64,000 nucleotides of DNA from Obrimoposthia wandeli. Its lineage: Eukaryota. Location: the NCBI GenBank assembly GCA_977020255.1, contig CDROCS010004540.1, positions 1 to 64,000 of the forward strand, given 5' to 3'. The position numbers and the translations under genes are program-made. Each line of letters opens with the position of its first letter. Position 1 is the first letter of the stretch. Below, piece after piece: positions 1 through 9,059 of the stretch. The notes beneath the pieces were generated by a model. The model was given only the letters and a program-made list of their open reading frames with translations. It was not told where the DNA came from and did no database searches.

Positions 1-2
1 AA

Positions 3-1202
3 ATTCCAGAAGAAAGTGAGAATATTGAGGCGTATTTAACGCTGTGCGAAAAGCTCTCGCTTGAATGCTTTATGATGCTGCCAAGAGCGCAAAAAATGGC
101 CGATCAAACCGTATTAGAAACCACCTGCCCTAATTATATTAAATACGGTTTAACTCCCTCAAAAGATGTGCTTAACGAGTTCTTCAGCAACCCAGATCTC
201 AAAGCGGTCATCGCTGCTTATTGGTGTTACATCGGTTTGCCACCCAAAGATATTCCGTTCTGTGACTTGGCTGTAATGATCTACGCGTACGCGGCCTTTA
301 AGCCAAGCCATGTTCAAGGCGGTTCACAAGCGATTTCAAGCGCGTTATTAGAATCGTTTTTGAACGCGGGAGGGAAAGTCTTATTTAATACCGGCGCAGC
401 GAAAATCATTACCGATAGCGGACAAGTAAAAGCAGTGGAAACCGAACACGGTGATGTCTTCAGCTGTGATTATGTAATTTCCAATACTAGCCCTCAGCAT
501 ACTTTCAATGAGCTATTGGACATTCCAGCACCTAAGCAAGCCGCCGATGATATGAAATCTCGCCGCTTAGGCACCTCAGCATTTGTGCTTTACCTCGGCT
601 TAGATTGCACACCCGCAGAATTGGGTATTACTGCAGCATCAAACTTCATCATCGATGATAGAAGTGAAGAAGTGGCCTTTGAAACTATGCAGGGCATTAA
701 CAATCCAACCCATACCATGCTCACTTGTTATAACCACGATGACCCAAGCTTTGCCCCTGAAGGTAAATCATCATTATCACTATTGTGCCTGCAGTACAGC
801 CAAGCCTGGCAAGACTTGCCCGTGGAAGAATACGCCCAAGCCAAATATGATTTTGCCGATAAACTTATTGATCATGCGGAACGTGTTTTTCCTAATATCC
901 GTAAAAACATCGAAGAAGTTGAAGTCGCGACACCTCTCACTATGATGCGTTATTTGAATACACCCGGTGGCGCCATTTATGGTTTCCAGCAAAATACCCA
1001 AGACGCTGTTATGTTCCGCGAACGTATCGATGCGATATCCGGCTTGCACATGGCGGGCTGCTGGAATGGTATGGGCGGTTTCCAGCCAACGTACATGATT
1101 GGCGAAAGTACAGCTCGAGCCGTATTGAAAAAGATAGCGAAAAAAATAACAGAGAAAGAATCTCAATCTGACATCACAGCGCAGGAACCGACTCATGCCT
1201 AG
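3..1202 (+). CDS. Phytoene desaturase-like NAD(P)/FAD-dependent oxidoreductase, 5' partial
   Basis: Frame is open from nt 3 (IPEESENIEAYL...) into ORF 72..1202, so the true start is upstream of the window. GGSQAISSAL, EVATPLT..RY and C-terminal AG.W.G.GG motifs fit the CrtI/COG1233 family. Confidence 0.75.
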   Translation: MPEESENIEAYLTLCEKLSLECFMMLPRAQKMADQTVLETTCPNYIKYGLTPSKDVLNEFFSNPDLKAVIAAYWCYIGLPPKDIPFCDLAVMIYAYAAFKPSHVQGGSQAISSALLESFLNAGGKVLFNTGAAKIITDSGQVKAVETEHGDVFSCDYVISNTSPQHTFNELLDIPAPKQAADDMKSRRLGTSAFVLYLGLDCTPAELGITAASNFIIDDRSEEVAFETMQGINNPTHTMLTCYNHDDPSFAPEGKSSLSLLCLQYSQAWQDLPVEEYAQAKYDFADKLIDHAERVFPNIRKNIEEVEVATPLTMMRYLNTPGGAIYGFQQNTQDAVMFRERIDAISGLHMAGCWNGMGGFQPTYMIGESTARAVLKKIAKKITEKESQSDITAQEPTHA

Positions 1203-2433
1203 CACTCATTCGAATAGCAGCGACAAAAGTAATATTTTACATGCGGTTAATGGTTATCAAAATGCATTAGACCAGCAACGTGAATTAATAAAAACTGGCT
1301 CTGACTTTAGCGAACAAAAGGGTCTAGTGGCTAAAACCATTGCGAGCTTACACCCTAAACGCTTACAGCTTGTGGTAAGCGAAGTGATTGAAGACACGGC
1401 CAGCACCAAGACACTGCGTTTTAAAACTGAAGATGATTCTCTACCGCCGTTTCAAGCGGGGCAATACATTAATTTATTCGTTAATATCAACGGCACCGAA
1501 ACCGCACGCCCTTATGCGATTTCTTCTGCTCCGCAAGAAAGAGGTTATTACGACCTCACTATTAAACGAGTCGCGGAGGGTTTTGTCTCTCATTATTTAT
1601 TAAATGATGTGAAGGTTGGCGATCACTTAAACAGCACAGGGCCGATGGGAACTTTTTATTATAACCCACTGTTTCACGGCGATGATTTAGTCTTTCTAGC
1701 AGGTGGCTCTGGCATTGCGCCTGCAAGAAGTATGATTCTTAATATGATTGAGAGTAGACGTTTTATAAATAAGGAAGTCGATCATAAAAATGCGCAAAAA
1801 ATACACCTTATTTATGCCTCAAGCTATGAAGCAGATGTAATTTATGAGAACGAACTTAAACGTCTAGAGCAGGCGCACGATTTCTTAACCATCACCTGGT
1901 TAATTTCTCGTCCGACTAAAAACTATCACGGTCGTACTGGGCATGTAAGTGCCGAACTGTTAACTGAATTGCTAGGAGATGACTTAGATATACTGCAAGC
2001 TAAAATGTTTTATATCTGCGGCCCTACCAGCTTCCACGACTTTTGTGCCGAACAATTGAAGCAGTTAAAAGTGAAAGTAAAACGTGTTCGAATTGAATGT
2101 AATGGCCCACCGAAGCGCCCTGAAACATTAGCGGGCTGGCCGCAGAACGTGATTGCCACTGACAAAGTGAGCGTTACCATTCATAAAGCAGACGGCAGCC
2201 AAGGGCAATTTGAAGCTCGAGTTGATGAACCGTTATTAAACAGTATGGAGCGAAATGGCTATAGCGCAGAAAATGCCTGCCGATCAGGGGAGTGTAGCTT
2301 GTGTCGAGTTAAGGTATTGAAAGGCTCTGTATTTAATCCTGCAGAAGCACGATTACGTTCCACTGATGAAGCGTATGGCTGGTGCCACTCTTGTGTCGCC
2401 TTCCCTACCAGCGATATCGAGATATTAGTGTAA
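1195..2433 (+). CDS. FAD/NAD-binding ferredoxin reductase with C-terminal 2Fe-2S domain (PaaE/Hcr-like)
   Basis: RPYAISS (FAD), AGGSGIAP (NAD), YICGP, and CRSGECSLC...C 2Fe-2S motif. Overlaps the upstream stop by 8 nt. Confidence 0.85.
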   Translation: MPSTHSNSSDKSNILHAVNGYQNALDQQRELIKTGSDFSEQKGLVAKTIASLHPKRLQLVVSEVIEDTASTKTLRFKTEDDSLPPFQAGQYINLFVNINGTETARPYAISSAPQERGYYDLTIKRVAEGFVSHYLLNDVKVGDHLNSTGPMGTFYYNPLFHGDDLVFLAGGSGIAPARSMILNMIESRRFINKEVDHKNAQKIHLIYASSYEADVIYENELKRLEQAHDFLTITWLISRPTKNYHGRTGHVSAELLTELLGDDLDILQAKMFYICGPTSFHDFCAEQLKQLKVKVKRVRIECNGPPKRPETLAGWPQNVIATDKVSVTIHKADGSQGQFEARVDEPLLNSMERNGYSAENACRSGECSLCRVKVLKGSVFNPAEARLRSTDEAYGWCHSCVAFPTSDIEILV

Positions 2434-2450
2434 GTGACCGACTTAATACT

Positions 2451-3101
2451 TTAGATAAAATCTTTAAACTGATCGGCAAGAGGTGTGGCAGCGGCTAAGA
2501 AGTGCTTGAAACTGGTTCCTTCAGGAACTTGAATATGACCTTCAATCATCAACGCTGCCATACCATGTACCATCGACCATGCGCCCAACGCCTGAGCTTT
2601 CACTCGCTCGTCAGTATCACCACGCAAAGCAAACGCTTCACGCAATAAGATAAAAGGTTTTTTACTGCTTTCAATAAAAGGACTATTCACGGAATTTATA
2701 ATACTTGCTTCCGCGACATCTTCTTTCTTACTTTTACGTCCGGTGGTTTCAACCTGACCTAACATCAAGCGATATAACTGAGGATTAGCCGTGGCAAATT
2801 CTAAATAACTCGCACCATAAGCCAAAACCAACTCTCCTGGTGATAGCGTTTTCTTGGCTTTCAGCTCAAGAGCGACAGCTTCCATGGTATCTGCCATTTG
2901 TACAAAACCTGCCTCGGCAATACTTTTAATCAGTTCCTTTTTGTTTTTAAAGTGCGCATAAGGAGCCATGTGAGAAACACCGACCTCGGCCGCAATCGCT
3001 CGCAAAGACAAAGCATCGGCACCATCACGCAATAGAATAGTATTGGCGGCTTCAACCAGCGAGGCTTTCAAATCACCATGATGATACTGTTTAGAACTCA
3101 T
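2451..3101 (-). CDS. TetR/AcrR family transcriptional regulator with WHG-type C-terminal domain
   Basis: YHHGDL start, HTH LSLRAIAAEVGVSHMAPYAHF, and AWSMVHG motif. Confidence 0.92.
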   Translation of the reverse strand: MSSKQYHHGDLKASLVEAANTILLRDGADALSLRAIAAEVGVSHMAPYAHFKNKKELIKSIAEAGFVQMADTMEAVALELKAKKTLSPGELVLAYGASYLEFATANPQLYRLMLGQVETTGRKSKKEDVAEASIINSVNSPFIESSKKPFILLREAFALRGDTDERVKAQALGAWSMVHGMAALMIEGHIQVPEGTSFKHFLAAATPLADQFKDFI

Positions 3102-3170
3102 ATAAAAATAGATCCAAGAAGGTATAAATAGCGGTGCAGTATAACCTAAACACCTTACTCAGTTGTATCA

Positions 3171-3908
3171 TTAACTCTCTAACGCGCTACCGACATCAAG
3201 TGCTTCAAACCAATCAAAGAATTGTTCAATTTCTTTACCCCGAAAAATACGGCCGTGTTGAGGCAACATCATATCAATATCCAACTTACGAACTCGATTT
3301 AACCAATGCATTTTTGCTTGGTTACTGGGCATCCAGCGCTGATGGAAAAACTTCATTTTATCGCAATGGGTATCAAAATTTTCAATGAATAAAGAACTAT
3401 CTTGTGGCTCTATTGCAGCCCCAATATCACCAGAGAATAATATTTTAGCGACGGGATCATACACATTAAAATTAGCTGAAGAGTGTAAATAATGTGCAGG
3501 AATAAACTGTAATACCGCATCACCGATTTTTAATTCACCACCACCATCTTCGATACCGCAGAACTCAATATTTTCACAACCGAAATGACGAATAAAGCCT
3601 TCCCACAGCCCTGGAGTATAGAGCTTGGCATTAGGAATAACCTGATCCCACATACCCAATGATGAAATAATATCGGGATCTTGGTGCGAGGCAAACAAAT
3701 GGGTTACTTGCTCAATGGGGATAAATTTTAATATCGTTGATAACATCGAAGAAAAAAGTTCAATGCCACCAGGATCTAGCACGATACATTCTTTACCGCT
3801 GACGACCATGTACTGATTAGTGTCGATAATTTTATCTGGCTTACTTGGGTCTCGTGCAAAGACATACCACTGGTGTTTATCATCAAATAAGAGTTTTGCT
3901 TCCATCAC
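3171..3908 (-). CDS. Metallo-beta-lactamase-fold di-iron protein (ODP/FprA-N-like)
   Basis: DPGG, SHQDPD, AHYLH, FSGDI and PQHG metal-ligand motifs. No flavodoxin domain. Confidence 0.8.
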   Translation of the reverse strand: MMEAKLLFDDKHQWYVFARDPSKPDKIIDTNQYMVVSGKECIVLDPGGIELFSSMLSTILKFIPIEQVTHLFASHQDPDIISSLGMWDQVIPNAKLYTPGLWEGFIRHFGCENIEFCGIEDGGGELKIGDAVLQFIPAHYLHSSANFNVYDPVAKILFSGDIGAAIEPQDSSLFIENFDTHCDKMKFFHQRWMPSNQAKMHWLNRVRKLDIDMMLPQHGRIFRGKEIEQFFDWFEALDVGSALES

Positions 3909-3922
3909 CCATTTCCTTTAAT

Positions 3923-4525
3923 TTACGACTGCATTAAGCGATCAATATAAGACTTAGCACCCAGTACGTGCTGCTTAATCTTTTCTGAAAAGACATCAAT
4001 ATTATTTGCCATATCTTCTAGAATGCCTTGATACTCATTGGTCTGGGTCGCTTCTAGACGGAAAGAAACTGCGACCACACGGCTGGCCTGCATATATTGT
4101 TGAATTTCTTCTAACTGACTTTCTAGGCTTCTGATTTCGATGTTAAAACGATGATTAAGCACTAACTGTCTTTGCTTAGTATCGTGAATAATGACATCGA
4201 TATGATCGTTATAATTTTTTTCTTGGCTAGCACGCAAGTGATGTATCAAGGTATTTTGTCGCCAGCGCTCTACCGCCATATGGGATATATCTAAAGAGAT
4301 GCGATTAATTTCTTCTGCCAGCTTAATCGTCTTTATGGCTAGATCAGCAAAGTACTCAGAGATTACTTTTAATCCCGCAACCTTGCTGCCTGCTCGATGC
4401 ACAACAGCTTGAGAATTTTTTGCAGCTAAAGACAATTGACGAGCAATTCGACTTGCACGATAAAGTTCACCAGCGATCTGAGAGGATGCAACGGCAGATT
4501 TAACAGGGCTATATTCTTTAACCAT
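3923..4525 (-). CDS. Soluble MCP-signalling-domain-like coiled-coil protein
   Basis: AKNSQAVVHRAG..AGLKVIS resembles the MCP tip ALNAAIEAARAG..RGFAVVA. No TM segment. Ends 14 nt before the ODP gene. Confidence 0.6.
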   Translation of the reverse strand: MVKEYSPVKSAVASSQIAGELYRASRIARQLSLAAKNSQAVVHRAGSKVAGLKVISEYFADLAIKTIKLAEEINRISLDISHMAVERWRQNTLIHHLRASQEKNYNDHIDVIIHDTKQRQLVLNHRFNIEIRSLESQLEEIQQYMQASRVVAVSFRLEATQTNEYQGILEDMANNIDVFSEKIKQHVLGAKSYIDRLMQS

Positions 4526-4609
4526 AAGCGCTACGCTTCATAAAATAATTTATTAACTATGAAAGAAGCATAGTCGAGCTTATGAATGAACTGATGTTTA
4601 ATTAGATAT

Positions 4610-5287
4610 TTACATCATCTCTTTAACTGAACCAATTGCGCTACCCACACTGACTTTCAGCTTAAGCTTAAAGAGTTCATAAGATTCACCTGCACTCAAC
4701 TCTTCATTGTCCTTGCAGCGTGGATCGGTTCGTTGAATCAGATCAATCACTTCTTTAGTGATCGGAATCGTTTCGCAGCCATGAGTATCTTCACAAATCA
4801 TGTCCCATTGAGGTTTAGCTTGTATATGGCAGCCAAAGCAATTACCACCAAAACGGTTCACGACATCAACAAAGCCGCGCTTTCTAATTTCAGAACCCTC
4901 TTCAGAGACGTCTAGCTCAAAGAACTCCCAACCTTTTGTTGCAGGGCTATAGCCTTCTTCGTGCTTAATCATCACTTCACCGGGAACCAACTGCACGACA
5001 GATCCTGGAGGGTAGATACCACCAGTTTCTGAGTTCGCAACGGCTAGGGTTCCTTCCAGATCACCTTTTAGGTTATCCACATAAAAACCACGTACCTTGG
5101 TCATGTCTCGAATACAGCTGAAAGTGCTACTTGTGACCTCTAATTGCCCTGCTTCTATTACTGCTTGCTTACCGTCGTCAATGGCGGCTTCGTCAGCGAT
5201 GGCAGGCAGTGCCGCTGAAAAAGAGAGTATAAGCGCAGCCATCCATTTAGCTTTTAAGGGCTTGCTCATTAGGTGTTTTGTTATCAT
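4610..5287 (-). CDS. Exported mono-heme c protein, cytochrome P460-like
   Basis: Signal peptide ending ..LPAIA, a GWEFFEL strand, and a single late CxxCH (CFGCH), which is the P460-family layout. Confidence 0.5.
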   Translation of the reverse strand: MITKHLMSKPLKAKWMAALILSFSAALPAIADEAAIDDGKQAVIEAGQLEVTSSTFSCIRDMTKVRGFYVDNLKGDLEGTLAVANSETGGIYPPGSVVQLVPGEVMIKHEEGYSPATKGWEFFELDVSEEGSEIRKRGFVDVVNRFGGNCFGCHIQAKPQWDMICEDTHGCETIPITKEVIDLIQRTDPRCKDNEELSAGESYELFKLKLKVSVGSAIGSVKEMM

Positions 5288-5433
5288 CTAAGTTTTCCTT
5301 CGTATTTATATTGTTTAAAATTATATTGCACACAATACATTTAATACGATGATTAAGTCAACCTTCCTTTAGACATGCCCAAGATAGAATTTTAAAGCTT
5401 AGTTGCATTATTTTTTATCGAAAAAAATAATAC

Positions 5434-6359
5434 TCATAACGATTCATAAAAAACATAAGGAATATTCGCTTTCTTTGCTTGATACATAGCTTGATCAGCA
5501 CTGTGAATAAGCGAAATAGTATCATTTCCATGCTCAGGAAAAGTCGCGATACCAATACTGACACCGGTTTTAATTTCATATTCACCAATCAAAATAGGCT
5601 GCTCAAACAGCTCGCTGATTTTTTTTGCAATACTCTCACTAATCACTTTGGACTCATTAGAGGGCGCATCAAGGTGTACTACAAACTCATCACCCGCGTA
5701 GCGAGCAAGCATATCACTAGCTCGTAATCCTGCACGCAAAATTACTGCAATCTGGCGAAGTAGTAGATCACCTATATCGTGACCTAAGGTATCATTCACC
5801 TGCTTAAAGCCATTAACATCCATAAACATAATCGTTTCGGTACGCTGCCAACGATCAGCACGAACTAACCAAGGTTTTAAATACTCATTAAAAGCACGCC
5901 TATTATGTAAACAGGTTAGCTCATCTTGATTTGCCAACATATACAAATGACGTTCGTAAGCCTTACGCTCAATCGATGATAGTATCGCCAACCCGAGATG
6001 ACGGCTGTTATTACTGGATTTTATAATATATTCCTGTGCCCCACCCCGTATTGCCTCAAGTGCTGTGGTGGTATCGTCATGACCACCAATACTAATGATA
6101 GAGAATCAGGACTCTGTTCTTTAATGACTTGCAGGTTATCTAACTCTTTGCCATCACCTAAGTCTAAATCCAGCAGGATGACATCGAATCTTGTTTCTTT
6201 TAATTTTAATAAAGCAATATCGAGTGCATCGACACGTTCGAGTATAAAATGATGGGCACCAAATTCTTTCGTGCAATCACGTCGAACCTGCTTAGCGTCT
6301 CCATCATCATCTTCGATATGAAGAATTCTGTTTATAAGTTGCGTCATACTTAATTCCAT
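5434..6359 (-). pseudogene. REC-GGDEF diguanylate cyclase split by a 1-nt frameshift near 6102
   Basis: Read by hand: ...KEQSPDS, then in the next frame IISIGGHDDTTTALEAIRGGAQEYIIKS...LAILSSIERK, continuing into the GGDEF domain (RYAGDEF). This joins ORFs 6021..6359 and 5434..5991. Confidence 0.8.
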
Positions 6360-6427
6360 GTACTTATAATTAATTACAAGTACTCTTAGCTAGCATTTTT
6401 TTGTGCCAAAACATCTACTACCGACAC

Positions 6428-6469
6428 AATAGTTTATAAATAATAGTCCATAAATAATAGTCCATAAAT
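6428..6469. repeat. 14-bp tandem repeat x3 (AATAGTCCATAAAT; first copy degenerate)
   Basis: aatagtttataaat/aatagtccataaat/aatagtccataaat, directly 3' of the REC stop codon. Confidence 0.85.
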
Positions 6470-6471
6470 AA

Positions 6472-6918
6472 TCACGGTAATTCAACTAAGCGCCAGTAAT
6501 TATCGATCAAACCGATTAAGTTGAGAAAGTCTGCTCCTGCGGTCTCTTTTACAATATAACCAGCGACATTAAGATCATAAGCTTCTGCTTTATCTTTATC
6601 ATTTTTAGATGTGGTCAATATAAAAACAATACTTTTATTGAGATTAGGATCACCGCGCAACTCTTTTAAAAACTGGATACCATCCATCCGTGGCATATTC
6701 AAATCAAGCAATAAAATATACGGCTAATGGTTTCTCATGACCACTTTCGCCTCTAAGTGCTTCTAGCGCCTCTAAACCGTCATATGCCCTTATAATAGAT
6801 TAGCAATTTTAGCCTTGGTGAATGCACGAATAACCGCTTTGGCATCGCCATCATCATCTTCCACCAAAAAAATACTCAATGGTTTAGTATTGGTATATTC
6901 CTTAATTATTGCGACCAT
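6472..6918 (-). pseudogene. Single-domain response regulator (Rcp1/CheY-like) with two compensating frameshifts
   Basis: ATG at 6918 reads ...SIFLVEDDDGDAKAVIRAFTKAKIAN, then shifts frame to IIRAYDGLEALEALRGESGHEKPL, then returns to PYILLLDLNMPRMDG...LTTS...YIVK. The unshifted frame has TAA at about 6790. Confidence 0.8.
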
Positions 6919-8969
6919 TATGTAGTCTCCTTGAGTTGTTCTACTTTCTCTATTTGCTGCTTTGGCCAAGTAAAACTAAAAGTACTGCCCTGCCCTTCTG
7001 CCGAGGCTAGTATGATAGTACCGCCCAACAATTCGATATGTTTACGCACAATCGCTAGCCCCATACCACTACCTTCAACGCGGTCACGAGGTTTGAGTGT
7101 TTGAAACATTTTGAATATTTTTTTATGAAAGGAAGAATCAATACCTGGCCCATCATCTTTAACAGAAATCAAGTAACTATGCTCTTGCTCTTCAATATTG
7201 ACGTTAACCGTGCCTGTTTCTTTATCATGGTGCTTTATCGCATTACTAACTAAATTCAACAATACAAGTTGTAACGGCATTCTATTAAAGTGTAATACTG
7301 AAAATTCTGGGGTAGCGTAAACAGTAAAATCTTCGGGCATATTAACTAACAAAATAATATCATTTATTAAATCCTTGCCACTGATAAACTCTTTATAATC
7401 AGTATCAATTTTTCGACCAATGCGTGAATATTCTAATAAATCATCTAATAAATTATCCATTCGATTAACTCGACTTCGCAGTAGCTGCATATTCTCTTGA
7501 CTGTCTTCATTGAGATTTCCTCCAAAATCTTCTTCTAGCCAGTGCGAAACATTTTCGATGACTCTTAATGGCGCTTTCAAATCGTGCGAGGCAACATAGG
7601 CAAAATTATCCAGCTCATCATTACTTTTTTCTAGCGCAGTAATCAAATGCTCTCGCTCTATATCTGCCTGCTTGCTTAGGGTAATATCACTTAGACTACC
7701 AGCCATGCGAATAGGCTTACCCGCCATATTCCATAAGGCCTGCCCTCGTGCAACAAACCAACGCCACTCTCCCGATTTTGTTATTAGGCGATACTCTACA
7801 TCGAAAGGTATTTTATTTTTAATATGTTGATCTAAAGCGGTTAACGTTTCATGCTTATCGTCAGCATGCAAACGACTAGCCCATGCCTCGAATTGATTTG
7901 GAATCTCATCAGGTTCATAACCTAATAACTCTTTAAATCGATCTGAAAACATGACGCTATTGTTTAAAATATTCCAATCCCACATACCATCACCAGCGCC
8001 GCGCCAGCCCAATTTTAAAGCTTCTTCACTATCCAGTAATTTCTGTTGTGTTAATTTCTGGAAATAGACCACGGTGGCAGAAATCCAGACAGCTATAATA
8101 GCAAGCACACGATTGGTCACCACATATTCATTGTTGATACCGATATTTGATGAAGACAGATACCCTAGGACAATAAGCACCGTCGCCAGCCCGGCAAATA
8201 CAAAAGCTACTTTTTTGTGGCAAAAAAGTAGACTGCAAAAAACCAAGGGAATATAGGCAACGCCTACCGCTACCCCCTTTGGGTATAGTAGGTCAAAAAA
8301 TAAAACGATAAAACATAATAGACCTGGTAACCATAAAGGCACAGAAGCGATAGCATACGTTCGGTTGCTCCAAAGTGCGGCTAAGATACCTACACCCAAG
8401 ACAATAAAGCCGCTCGTAGTATGGAGTGCCATGCCCGTCAACTCTCCCCAGGCATAGCCTTTCTCTTCGCCAATAATATATCCGGCTAGGGCCATTGCTG
8501 AAAATGCTAAAATCAACAAGGAAAATATCTCAATAAAGGTGCTAATATTTTTTCTTTCTTTTTGTGACGATAATACCAGCGCCACTCCTGTTAAAATAAA
8601 ACAAAGCGTAGTATTGGGTGCCATGCGGCCAGGGTGTGAGGTCTGAACAGTAATATAAGCATCCATTAGCAGCTGATCTATGGCTAAGTTAATGGTAAAG
8701 ATATACTGCAGTATCGTCAGAAGTCCCATTAGAGCGACGAACGAACCACAGGCCAGACTTAAGTGACGCCTATCATTTATTATTGCGAAAAGGCCAATAC
8801 CACTGACGAGAAACCCAAGCGCCGTATTATATTGCATTGGGGGAAATTGCGGCAGCACTTGGATTAATGGCGCAACGTGAAGATACCAGCCAGCTAGGAC
8901 AAGTGTCCCGAGCAAGGCTGAGTATGCTGCTGCGAACGAGGCTATATTATTGATCAGTAACTTTATCAT
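6918..8969 (-). CDS. Membrane-bound PAS sensor histidine kinase
   Basis: Multi-TM N-terminus, PAS (GMWDWN..WASRLH), H-box VASHDLKAPL, NAIKH, DDGPGI and GSGMGL. Stop overlaps the REC ATG (TAATG). Confidence 0.92.
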   Translation of the reverse strand: MIKLLINNIASFAAAYSALLGTLVLAGWYLHVAPLIQVLPQFPPMQYNTALGFLVSGIGLFAIINDRRHLSLACGSFVALMGLLTILQYIFTINLAIDQLLMDAYITVQTSHPGRMAPNTTLCFILTGVALVLSSQKERKNISTFIEIFSLLILAFSAMALAGYIIGEEKGYAWGELTGMALHTTSGFIVLGVGILAALWSNRTYAIASVPLWLPGLLCFIVLFFDLLYPKGVAVGVAYIPLVFCSLLFCHKKVAFVFAGLATVLIVLGYLSSSNIGINNEYVVTNRVLAIIAVWISATVVYFQKLTQQKLLDSEEALKLGWRGAGDGMWDWNILNNSVMFSDRFKELLGYEPDEIPNQFEAWASRLHADDKHETLTALDQHIKNKIPFDVEYRLITKSGEWRWFVARGQALWNMAGKPIRMAGSLSDITLSKQADIEREHLITALEKSNDELDNFAYVASHDLKAPLRVIENVSHWLEEDFGGNLNEDSQENMQLLRSRVNRMDNLLDDLLEYSRIGRKIDTDYKEFISGKDLINDIILLVNMPEDFTVYATPEFSVLHFNRMPLQLVLLNLVSNAIKHHDKETGTVNVNIEEQEHSYLISVKDDGPGIDSSFHKKIFKMFQTLKPRDRVEGSGMGLAIVRKHIELLGGTIILASAEGQGSTFSFTWPKQQIEKVEQLKETT

Positions 8970-9059
8970 TTTAGAGCATCATCTATACCGTCTATTTATA
9001 CTTTATATTCCCGCCCTTAATTATAGCCACTCAGGCAGATATGCAAGTTATAGAGCCGA

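Noticed and set aside
6392-6408. Sigma54-like TGGCAC...TGCT upstream of REC-GGDEF (minus strand)
   Set aside because: GG-to-GC spacing is 11 nt, not the required 10. It would fit only if the T7 run were really T6, which needs a read check.
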